The notes beneath the pieces are model-generated. The model was not told where the DNA came from. It saw only the letters and a list, made by a program, of their open reading frames with translations, and did no database searches. The translations under genes and the position numbers were made by a program. A stretch of DNA of 32,000 bases, from NCBI GenBank assembly GCA_038823825.1, contig JAWBCC010000002.1:60001-92000 (forward strand), written 5' to 3'. Positions 19,396 to 26,976 of this stretch are shown piece by piece; the first letter of the stretch is position 1, and each line of letters opens with the position of its first letter. The DNA is from Candidatus Hadarchaeales archaeon. Its GTDB lineage: Archaea; Hadarchaeota; Hadarchaeia; Hadarchaeales; Hadarchaeaceae.

Positions 19396-21405
19396 TCATT
19401 TCACCCTGGCGATAAGCCCTTCTTTCGGAGCGTACAATGTCCCCCTCTTTTTTTCTTCCTCTATGACATACTCCACAAAGTCCTCGTCTATTCTTTTTTC
19501 AAGCGCGATACGTTTGACCTGTTCTACTGGTGCCGCGCCACCGTACTCCTTTTCGAGTTCCTCTATTATTTGAAGAACAGTCATCAACTTTTCTCTTTGA
19601 CTCCTTGGCATTCCAGTCATCACCGTGTCGATATCCACGACACCAGCTTCGACATCCAGACCAACCTGTTTCAGACAGTAGTCGACGAGCTGTATCGCCT
19701 TTCTCGCGTCCTCGACTGTCACTTTTTGGCTGAATCTCATTCTGGCATGCGCTTTTGCCAGTCTGATTATCGACTCCAGCTGCCTCGCCGTTATCGGGAG
19801 TGGATGTCCTTTCTGGCTGGCTATTCTTCTCTGTTTAGTGTAGAAGTCTTGGATGAGCTGCTGCGCTTCTTTATCCGTGAACGCCGGATGTACGTTCTTT
19901 TTGGCGTATATCACCATTTTTCTGAGAAGATCAGGCGGAATTGGCGCCTTCAGCGATCTTGGTTTAGAATGAATTGAAATGATGTGCTTGGTAAGTCTGG
20001 CGTCGTCTACCTCTTTTGGGTCATCCCGAAGGATGAATATTAGATCAAACCTTGAGAGAAGAACTGGGTCCAGCGGGATCTGACTTGCAAAGTTCATGTT
20101 CGGATCGAATCTCCCGCCTTTTGGGTTTGTTGCAGCGAGAACGGCGGCTCTTGTGTTCAACCTAGCGACTATGCCTGCCTTAGCTATGCTTATCGTCTGT
20201 TGCTCCATGCTCTCTAGAATCGCCGCGGAATCCTCTTTATCCATCTTTTCGAATTCGTCAATTGCCGCAAGCCCCCCATCGGCAATCACAAGGGCGCCAG
20301 CTTCGAGCGTCCACCCGCTTCCTATTTCATCCCTCACAGCGGTTGCTGTAAGACCCGCTCCAGTCGATTTCATCCCAGATGTATAGACCCCCCGAGGAGC
20401 AACGCTCGCAACCCAATTGAGGAGCTGGCTTTTAGCCGTTCCTGGGTCTCCACTGAGCAATATGTGAATATCTCCACGCACCCTTGACCCATCTGGCAAC
20501 TCTACCGGATCACTTCCGAAGAGCTGAAGAGCAACCGCCTCCTTTATGATCTCGTGACCACTGATCGCCGGAGCTATCGATTTGATGATCTTATCTGTTA
20601 GCTCTGGATCTTTTATCAATTCTTTTATTTTTTCCTCGTCTTCGGGGGTTAACTCAGCTTCCTCTGCGCCCTTCTTTGGAACCTCAATGTGGTTGACTAT
20701 GAAAACCATCTTCAAAATCTTTTCCTTCTTTCCGAATTTTTGAAAAGGCTGAACGTATCCGGTAGCGATCACGTAATCTCCGGGAACGGCACGATCAACA
20801 AAATCATCCCTGACTATTCCATCGAGATGTCTAGGCATCCGCCCGCCTTTCAGCTTTGAGGGAAGATCCTGAAAGCCCAGACTCTGCCAGTCGCAGAACT
20901 CTGTGTTCTCAAGAACCAGTTCAAACGCGTTAGCCCCCCTTGCTTTGCAGTTTGGATTTTCACAAACTAGGGGTTCTATCAGATAATCCCCGATCTGCTC
21001 CCTGCGGTACTCCTCACCACACCTCTTGCATCTGAAGGTGGCAATCTTTATTTCCGGCCTTATCTCGCTTGCCCTGAGAAGAATTCCCTCAATCTGGATG
21101 AACTTCCCCATGTCTTTCGCTCTGATGTCCTTTATGTCCACGGACTTGTCAAGCGACTTTACCCTGAGCTTCATGCCTGGGATTTTCGTGATGCCTTCCA
21201 AGAGAGAGTCCGACAAACGGAAGAATTCTTTCGGATTCTCTAGCAAAAACTTCGCGAGTTTCTCATCGGATTCGACTATCTCATCGTAGGTAACCACTAC
21301 GGATTTCTGACCAGATGCGACGGCTTTTCTTATTTTCTTTTCAAAACTCGAGCTGTACAAGAAATTTTCGAGTATCTCACGTAGATCGCTGTTAGTCAAC
21401 GCCAT
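19396..21405 (-). CDS. mcm: MCM replicative helicase
   Basis: About 669 aa. Zn finger CKRCGEEY...CENPNC, Walker A LLSGDPGTAKSQ, Walker B IDEFEKM, arginine finger SRFDLIF. The ATG at 21405 is directly preceded by GAGAGGTG; the track's start at 21408 is GTG. Confidence 0.92.
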   Translation of the reverse strand: MALTNSDLREILENFLYSSSFEKKIRKAVASGQKSVVVTYDEIVESDEKLAKFLLENPKEFFRLSDSLLEGITKIPGMKLRVKSLDKSVDIKDIRAKDMGKFIQIEGILLRASEIRPEIKIATFRCKRCGEEYRREQIGDYLIEPLVCENPNCKARGANAFELVLENTEFCDWQSLGFQDLPSKLKGGRMPRHLDGIVRDDFVDRAVPGDYVIATGYVQPFQKFGKKEKILKMVFIVNHIEVPKKGAEEAELTPEDEEKIKELIKDPELTDKIIKSIAPAISGHEIIKEAVALQLFGSDPVELPDGSRVRGDIHILLSGDPGTAKSQLLNWVASVAPRGVYTSGMKSTGAGLTATAVRDEIGSGWTLEAGALVIADGGLAAIDEFEKMDKEDSAAILESMEQQTISIAKAGIVARLNTRAAVLAATNPKGGRFDPNMNFASQIPLDPVLLSRFDLIFILRDDPKEVDDARLTKHIISIHSKPRSLKAPIPPDLLRKMVIYAKKNVHPAFTDKEAQQLIQDFYTKQRRIASQKGHPLPITARQLESIIRLAKAHARMRFSQKVTVEDARKAIQLVDYCLKQVGLDVEAGVVDIDTVMTGMPRSQREKLMTVLQIIEELEKEYGGAAPVEQVKRIALEKRIDEDFVEYVIEEEKKRGTLYAPKEGLIARVK

Positions 21406-21459
21406 CACCTCTCGGGTCTGGAAAAATGATTGTGTAAGGGTATTTATTTCTTGTAGTTA

Positions 21460-21530
21460 AAATTTTGTATTCAGCTAAAATATTCTTGTATAAAAACGTT
21501 ATCCTATTTTCAAGTATGAATACAAAATTT
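21460..21530. repeat. 14-bp perfect inverted repeat in an AT-rich tract upstream of mcm
   Basis: AAATTTTGTATTCA at 21460-21473 and its reverse complement TGAATACAAAATTT at 21517-21530, 43 bp apart. Both lie inside the very AT-rich stretch at about 21441-21535. Confidence 0.7.
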
Positions 21531-21724
21531 AAACCAGTTGAATAGCCAAGGTGTTTAGAGAATGATCGCGAGACTCTTACCGCCATACTCTCCCCGATTA
21601 AAACTATTTCAAGAAGAATAGAGGTGTTTTCAGGGAGAGGGGTGCTGGAATGTATTCTTTTATAAGAAACGATTTTTAATTTTCAGAAAAATTTGAAAGA
21701 GTCGAGAACTTTTCTCCTCCTTTC

Positions 21725-21756
21725 TTCCAGTGGAATCAGTGGAAATCAGTGGAAAG
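21725..21756 (+). repeat. Three phased half-ORB (mini-ORB-like) repeats
   Basis: TTCCAGTGGAAT CAGTGGAAAT CAGTGGAAAG. The first unit carries the palindromic ORB core TTCCAGTGGAA. Units are spaced 9-10 bp apart. The array lies 6 bp beyond the glyA stop and about 320-350 bp upstream of the mcm start. Confidence 0.6.
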
Positions 21757-21762
21757 AATGGG

Positions 21763-23061
21763 TTAAGCGAATCTTATGAACTCGTATGCCTCGACAGCAG
21801 ATTCAAATCCATAGTGAACTTTCTGATAGTCTTTTCTGAAATCCGCAACCTCGATGGCGATTTTTTCTTCCGGCTCGCCGTCGATGACAACTCTCCTTAT
21901 AAATCTCGCGATTTCTCTCATCTCCGATTCCTTCATGCCGAGCCTAGTGACTTCTGCGGTACCCATCCGTATACCTCCGGGATTCTTATAATGTCGACCG
22001 TGCCTCGGATCCCAAGGTAAAAGATTCCGGTTGAGGATTATGTTCGCTCTCTCGAGTTTGGCCTCTATCGTTCCCCCGTCTCCGATGTCCGAAACATCCA
22101 CAAGCACTGTATGGGATTTTGTGAAACCCAGTTCTGGGCATAACACCTTAAACCCTTCTCCATAAAGCGCCTTGGCCAAAGTTTGAGCGTTTCGGATTAT
22201 CTGAGTAGCATAATCTTTTCCAAATTCCATCATCTCGGCAAGTGCAACGACGAGCGCCGCTACTGCGTGAAGGTGGTGATTGCTGACCACCCCGGGGAAA
22301 ACCGCCCTGTTTATAGCATTTGCCAGCTCGGCCGTGCAGAGGATCATCCCATGCTGCGGTCCAGGAAGGGTCTTGTGAGTGCTACAGGTCATTACCTCTG
22401 CTCCCTCCCGCAGAGGATCTTGGAACTGGCCGCCTGCGATCAAGCCGGCCACATGCGCGGCGTCATACATCACTCTTGCTCCAACGTCCTTGGCAACCCT
22501 CGACAATCGTCTTACAGGGTGTGGGAAAAGAAACACACTTCCTCCAAAGACGACAAGCTTGGGCTTGGCTTCCTTTATCTTCTCCTCCGCAGCATCCTCA
22601 TCTATGTTCATTCGTTTTTCGTCGAACGGAAGATATTCGATCTCCAAACCGTGAACACTTCCTGCAGTCCCTCCAAACTGTTTTTTCCCCATACTTATGT
22701 GGCCGCCATCCGCTATCGACAAACACATCATCTTGTCTCCGGGCTCCGTTAGCGCGGTGTATGCCGCAAGATTCGCGGTGACTCCAGATATTGGCTGAAC
22801 ATTTGCATGTTCCGCCCTAAAGAGTTCTTTCGCCAGTTCTATCGCAATGAGCTCAACTTTATCTATGAACACACAGCCCGCGTAGACCCTTTCCCCAGGC
22901 CACCCCTCCGCATACCTGTGCTGGAAGTCGCAAATGAGCATCTCTCGAACCGCCGGGCTCGTTATATTTTCGCTCGCAACAAGTGGGATGCTCCTCTTTA
23001 ACCATTCGTGATGCTTTTGCACAAATTCCAATGTTTTCCTGTACGCCTCTCTTCCGTTCAT
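21763..23061 (-). CDS. glyA: Serine hydroxymethyltransferase
   Basis: 432 aa. PLP-lysine motif STHKTLPGPQHG and the VASENITSPAV opening. ATGA overlap with the thrC stop. Confidence 0.9.
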   Translation of the reverse strand: MNGREAYRKTLEFVQKHHEWLKRSIPLVASENITSPAVREMLICDFQHRYAEGWPGERVYAGCVFIDKVELIAIELAKELFRAEHANVQPISGVTANLAAYTALTEPGDKMMCLSIADGGHISMGKKQFGGTAGSVHGLEIEYLPFDEKRMNIDEDAAEEKIKEAKPKLVVFGGSVFLFPHPVRRLSRVAKDVGARVMYDAAHVAGLIAGGQFQDPLREGAEVMTCSTHKTLPGPQHGMILCTAELANAINRAVFPGVVSNHHLHAVAALVVALAEMMEFGKDYATQIIRNAQTLAKALYGEGFKVLCPELGFTKSHTVLVDVSDIGDGGTIEAKLERANIILNRNLLPWDPRHGRHYKNPGGIRMGTAEVTRLGMKESEMREIARFIRRVVIDGEPEEKIAIEVADFRKDYQKVHYGFESAVEAYEFIRFA

Positions 23062-24272
23062 CCGATCAGCTCCTCTATCGCTTTTCTGCTCACCGGCGCC
23101 TCCATGGGTTTTGCGGATATTTCGATCGCCTCCTCAGGATCCTTCAAGACGTGACCTGTCGCAACACACACTATCATCTCATCTTTATTTATTTCCTCCG
23201 CCTCCAAAAGCTTCTTCAGACCAGCAACCGAAGCCGCACTAGCTGGCTCTATCCCTATTCCTTCCAGTCTAGCAACCATCTTCTGCGCCTCAACTATCTC
23301 TACATCCGAAACCGCTTCAGCCGTTCCACCCGATGCCCTTATCGCATGCAATGCCTTGGGACCATTAACTGGATTTCCGATTCTTATCGCCGTCGCTATC
23401 GTTTCTGGATTTTTAACGGGAACAAATTTCTTCAAATTTTTCTTAAAAGCGTCGACGATCGGCTTTGCCCCTTCCGCCTGTATGCCAGTCATCTTTGGGA
23501 TCTTTTTGATAAGTCCAGCCATCTTGAACTCCACGAACCCCTTATAAATCGCCCAAATGTTTGCACAGTTGCCCATCGGGACGATAACGCGATCTGGAAC
23601 CGACATCCTGAGCTGTTCAACTATTTCAAAGCCTATCGTTTTCTGCCCCTGCGGCCTAAACGGATTTATCGAATTGAGTAGGTAGATATCTTTCCTCTCA
23701 GCACATAGCTGTCTGAGAATGTCAAGCGCCTCATCAAAATTTCCTCTTACAGCCACTACTTGCGCTCCATGGACGAGCGTCTGCGTAAGCTTACCAAGTG
23801 CAACTTTTCCCTTTGGTAAGAGAACTAGACATTTGAGGCCTGCTCTAGCGGCATAAGCTGCGAGCGAAGCGGAGGTGTTCCCCGTAGAAGCGCACGCAAC
23901 CGTCTTCACTCCGAACTCAAGAGCCTTCGTGACACCTACAGTCATCCCTCGATCCTTGAAAGACCCGGTCGGATTCGCTCCCTCAAACTTCAAATAAAAT
24001 TCCTCGATGCCGAGCTCTCGGGCGAGCCTCACACATTTTATGAGAGGTGTCCCACCCTCGCCTATTGAAACTATCTTCGAGTCATCGATTATCGGTAGAA
24101 AAGCCCTATATCTCCACACCCTTAGGTCGCCGCTCATTGGATATTTTTTCAGATTTTTCCTCAGCTCTTCTTTTGTGAACTCCACTTCTAAGAGACCGCC
24201 GCATTTCGGGCATTCGTATATCCGCTCGTCTACGTCGAACTTTGCATGACACTCGAAACACTCCAATCTCAT
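23058..24272 (-). CDS. thrC: Threonine synthase with N-terminal zinc ribbon
   Basis: 404 aa. CFECHAKF...CPKCGG ribbon and PLP motif NPTGSFKDRG. Confidence 0.88.
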   Translation of the reverse strand: MRLECFECHAKFDVDERIYECPKCGGLLEVEFTKEELRKNLKKYPMSGDLRVWRYRAFLPIIDDSKIVSIGEGGTPLIKCVRLARELGIEEFYLKFEGANPTGSFKDRGMTVGVTKALEFGVKTVACASTGNTSASLAAYAARAGLKCLVLLPKGKVALGKLTQTLVHGAQVVAVRGNFDEALDILRQLCAERKDIYLLNSINPFRPQGQKTIGFEIVEQLRMSVPDRVIVPMGNCANIWAIYKGFVEFKMAGLIKKIPKMTGIQAEGAKPIVDAFKKNLKKFVPVKNPETIATAIRIGNPVNGPKALHAIRASGGTAEAVSDVEIVEAQKMVARLEGIGIEPASAASVAGLKKLLEAEEINKDEMIVCVATGHVLKDPEEAIEISAKPMEAPVSRKAIEELIG

Positions 24273-24318
24273 TCGCTTCCCCTTCTCCTTTCAACGTCCG
24301 GAGGATAAATAATGAACC

Positions 24319-25329
24319 TCATCCGAGTGAGCGATGAATTTCCAAGATATCTGCGAGTATCGAACTAACCGTCTCCATCGGTCCCGCCCCAAAGCCCGCA
24401 ATCGATATCTCGCGGGCGAGATCTAGCTTAAACGTGATCGCGTTAAGAGTTCCGCCTACTGAAAGTGGATGGCCGAGCGGAACGAGTTTCGGTGAAACCT
24501 CAAGTTCTCCTCTTCTTGCCACGCCCACCAGCTTTAACGCATATCCTGCCTCCTTCGCCAGCCTTATCGCTTCTGGCGTCACCTTACGGATTCCCGTAAT
24601 TTCAACATCGCTCAGTTTCAAATCACCACCAAGAACCGCATTGTGGAGAATCAACAGCTTGGCTGCAGTGTCTATCCCGTCGATGTCCAGGCTTGGATCC
24701 TTTTCCGCAATTCCTAGTTCTTGGGCTTCTCTAACCACCATTTCGAGCGGAACGTTCTCCTCCTCCATTCTCGTGAGTATGTAGTTTGTCGTTCCATTGA
24801 GTATTCCCCTGATCTCCAGAATCTCGTTTGAAGACATCAGACGTCTAGCCAAAGATATGACCGGAATTGCCCCACCAACCGATGCCGAATATCTAAACTC
24901 GACGCCTTTTTTTCTGGCTAGACTGTCGAGCTCTTTGAAGGCTACGACGAGCGGTCCTTTGTTTGACGTGACGACGTGTCTTCCGGCTTCCATCGCCTTC
25001 CTTATGTGACTCAGCCCGGGCTCTCCAGTTTTTATATTTGTGGGAGTCAACTCAACAACCAAGTCGGCATCAACTGACTCTATCACTTCTAAGGCACTTC
25101 TTCCCGCCTTTGCCCCTGGATACTTCTCGATTTTTTCTCTTCTTTTCGCAAGATTCACGAGCGTCTTCATATCCAATCCTCTTGCCTCGACGGCTGCCCC
25201 GCTGTCATCCACAGCTGCAATGATTTTCGGAGCAAATCCTTCATGCTCACGCAGGATTTCTGCTTTCTCAGCGAAAACCTGAACGAGCGCCCTGCCCAAA
25301 TTCCCAAAACCTATGAGTACTATCCTCAT
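24319..25329 (-). CDS. hom: Homoserine dehydrogenase
   Basis: 336 aa. Rossmann opening MRIVLIGFGNLG and the homoserine-dehydrogenase-like central region GILNGTTNYILT. ATGA overlap with the upstream ACT gene. Confidence 0.85.
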   Translation of the reverse strand: MRIVLIGFGNLGRALVQVFAEKAEILREHEGFAPKIIAAVDDSGAAVEARGLDMKTLVNLAKRREKIEKYPGAKAGRSALEVIESVDADLVVELTPTNIKTGEPGLSHIRKAMEAGRHVVTSNKGPLVVAFKELDSLARKKGVEFRYSASVGGAIPVISLARRLMSSNEILEIRGILNGTTNYILTRMEEENVPLEMVVREAQELGIAEKDPSLDIDGIDTAAKLLILHNAVLGGDLKLSDVEITGIRKVTPEAIRLAKEAGYALKLVGVARRGELEVSPKLVPLGHPLSVGGTLNAITFKLDLAREISIAGFGAGPMETVSSILADILEIHRSLG

Positions 25330-25832
25330 CCTGCGCCCTCCACCGATTTTATCAGAAGAAGATCTTTCTTTCTGCAGAAGTCTTCGAGCTCCACAAGAGC
25401 CCTCTGCAGGCTTTCGAGATCTTCTGCTGCAACCGTTATTCTGGCTGAAGATTCTTTACCAAACTCGCCCATCAGAAGGCTGAGGTCGGAGACGCTCAAT
25501 CCCGATATCCTGTTTAACCTATCTATCAGCAATCTTATGTCCGCGTGGACGACGTGCCCAATCAGAACGACCGTAGACCTAAGTGTGTATACTTTTTCTC
25601 CAACCTCTCTCACCATTATTTTCCTGGATTTGAGCTCTTCCAGGACCCTATTCAATCTGACCTTATCTCCTATCTCGAAAACGAGCATCACCGGGACCCT
25701 TCCGGTTGGTGTTTTCTTTGTTCTTTGGTGAATGATGCTCTGGATGTTTCCACCAAACTTCGCTATCGGCTCGAGTGCTCTCAAAAGCTGTCCTGGGACG
25801 TCCTCAAGCTCCAAGACCATTCTGACTATCAT
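25326..25832 (-). CDS. ACT-domain regulatory protein
   Basis: 168 aa. LELEDVPGQLLRALEPIAKFGGNI is an ACT-like beta-alpha-beta opening. Coupled to hom, as in many archaeal thr operons. Confidence 0.6.
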   Translation of the reverse strand: MIVRMVLELEDVPGQLLRALEPIAKFGGNIQSIIHQRTKKTPTGRVPVMLVFEIGDKVRLNRVLEELKSRKIMVREVGEKVYTLRSTVVLIGHVVHADIRLLIDRLNRISGLSVSDLSLLMGEFGKESSARITVAAEDLESLQRALVELEDFCRKKDLLLIKSVEGAG

Positions 25833-25861
25833 CGCTCTCCGGCTAACCCTTGCAACGCTTT

Positions 25862-25999
25862 TTATTTAACTTTGCCTGAAATCTCGTCAAGAATATCCCT
25901 GCTCTTCAGAGCGCACCTTCCATTCTCGAAAAAATCGCATTCCTCGCAGCATTCTCCTTTTTGATCACATTCCTCAAACAAATAACAGTTCGGACAACA
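25862..25999 (-). CDS. Unannotated small Cys-rich ORF (45 aa), hypothetical
   Basis: Hand translation gives MLSELLLFEECDQKGECCEECDFFENGRCALKSRDILDEISGKVK, with C-x6-CC-x2-C-x8-C spacing. It lies 29 nt upstream of the ACT gene on the same strand and is below the ORF-track size cutoff. No homolog recognised. Confidence 0.3.
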   Translation of the reverse strand, partial: CCPNCYLFEECDQKGECCEECDFFENGRCALKSRDILDEISGKVK

Positions 26000-26047
26000 T
26001 CTTGGCATCCCAACCACCAAAATTCAATTTTCTTTTTTGTTATCCCC

Positions 26048-26057
26048 TTATTTAAAT
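26048..26057. promoter_or_regulatory. Palindromic TATA-like element in a divergent intergenic region
   Basis: TTATTTAAAT lies 41 nt upstream of the radical SAM ATG (26098) and about 49 nt upstream of the small minus-strand ORF ATG (25999). Confidence 0.4.
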
Positions 26058-26097
26058 CTTTGATTTAGAGTTTCATCGGAAGCAGAGTCGATTTGGT

Positions 26098-26976
26098 ATG
26101 GACGTTCTCAAGAAATTTGATCCGTGGGGAGACCCTCTCTGCACCTGCCCCCCAAAATATGGGCTAAACCCATATACCGGATGCGAACATCGGTGCGTTT
26201 ACTGCTACATCACATCATACATCCCTCATGCGTTCAAATGTCGACCGAAAAAAGATCTCATCAAAAGACTTGAGAAGGATCTCGCAGTGGCAGACAAAAG
26301 AATGTTTGTTAGCATGTCGAACAGTTCCGACCCATATCCTCCCCAAGAGAGAAGGTTATTCCTTACGCGAAAGTGCTTAGAGATCCTCCTTAAGCATGGA
26401 ATGAACGTTCAAATCATAACGAAGTCGGACCTCGTCGTTCGAGATTGTGACATCCTTTCAGAGGTACCTTCGGTTGTTAGCTTCACGATAACAACGCTTG
26501 ACGAGAGGGTTGCGAAAAAGCTCGAGCCTGGAGCGCCCTCGCCGAAGAGTAGACTAAAAGCCATGCAAAAGCTCTCCGCGGCCGGGATCCCCGTCACTTT
26601 GAGATTAGATCCCATCATCCCTGGTTTGAACGATGATGAAATCGAGAAAATCGTTTGGGCAGCCGTAGAAGCCGGAGCAAAACATGTAACCTCTTCGACG
26701 TTCAAGCCTAGACCAGACAGTTGGAGCAGATTCTCGCTGGCTTTTCCGGAAGAGGCAAAAAATCTCCACGCGTACTTCTTCGAACACGGCTGGAAACATC
26801 ACAACGCCCGTTATCTGCCGAGAAAGTTAAGGAAGAGCTTGATGGAAAGGGTGGAGAAAATTTGCGTTGAAGAAGGAGTGACATTCGCCAGCTGCAGAGA
26901 GGGATTTTCCTTCAAGGCTCCAACTTGTGACGGCTCACATCTTCTCAAAAGCTGGCGGCCTGTGCATGTTTGCTGA
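26098..26976 (+). CDS. Radical SAM protein, SplB/COG1533-like
   Basis: 292 aa. NPYTGCEHRCVYCY contains the CxxxCxxC cluster in the context typical of SplB-like radical SAM enzymes. Confidence 0.75.
   Translation: MDVLKKFDPWGDPLCTCPPKYGLNPYTGCEHRCVYCYITSYIPHAFKCRPKKDLIKRLEKDLAVADKRMFVSMSNSSDPYPPQERRLFLTRKCLEILLKHGMNVQIITKSDLVVRDCDILSEVPSVVSFTITTLDERVAKKLEPGAPSPKSRLKAMQKLSAAGIPVTLRLDPIIPGLNDDEIEKIVWAAVEAGAKHVTSSTFKPRPDSWSRFSLAFPEEAKNLHAYFFEHGWKHHNARYLPRKLRKSLMERVEKICVEEGVTFASCREGFSFKAPTCDGSHLLKSWRPVHVC

Noticed and set aside
21392-21586. 64-aa minus-strand ORF in the mcm upstream region
   Set aside because: It lies in the very AT-rich intergenic tract, overlaps the mcm start, and has an implausible composition. 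The region is better explained as a promoter or origin-like sequence.
21540-21720. Possible small RNA (C/D-box-like AATGATCG) in the glyA-mcm intergenic region
   Set aside because: No matching D box (CTGA) or terminal stem was found at the appropriate spacing on either strand, so the evidence is insufficient.
22983-23681. 232-aa plus-strand ORF; similar long antisense ORFs at 22183-22752, 22320-22781, 10638-11156, 14096-14611, 25243-25731, 15460-15894 and 7187-7612
   Set aside because: All lie entirely antisense to strongly supported genes (thrC, glyA, cdc6, dp2, ACT/hom, HAD, rps2/eno). Their translations are low-complexity and Ser/Pro/Arg-rich with no motifs, which is typical of shadow ORFs.
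25905-26007. Alternative 33-aa frame MPRCCPNCYCLRNVIKKENAARNAIFSRMEGAL overlapping the 45-aa Cys-rich ORF
   Set aside because: It is shorter, ends inside the other frame, and its C-terminal half looks non-protein-like. The 45-aa frame was kept as the low-confidence candidate. Neither frame can be verified without conservation data.
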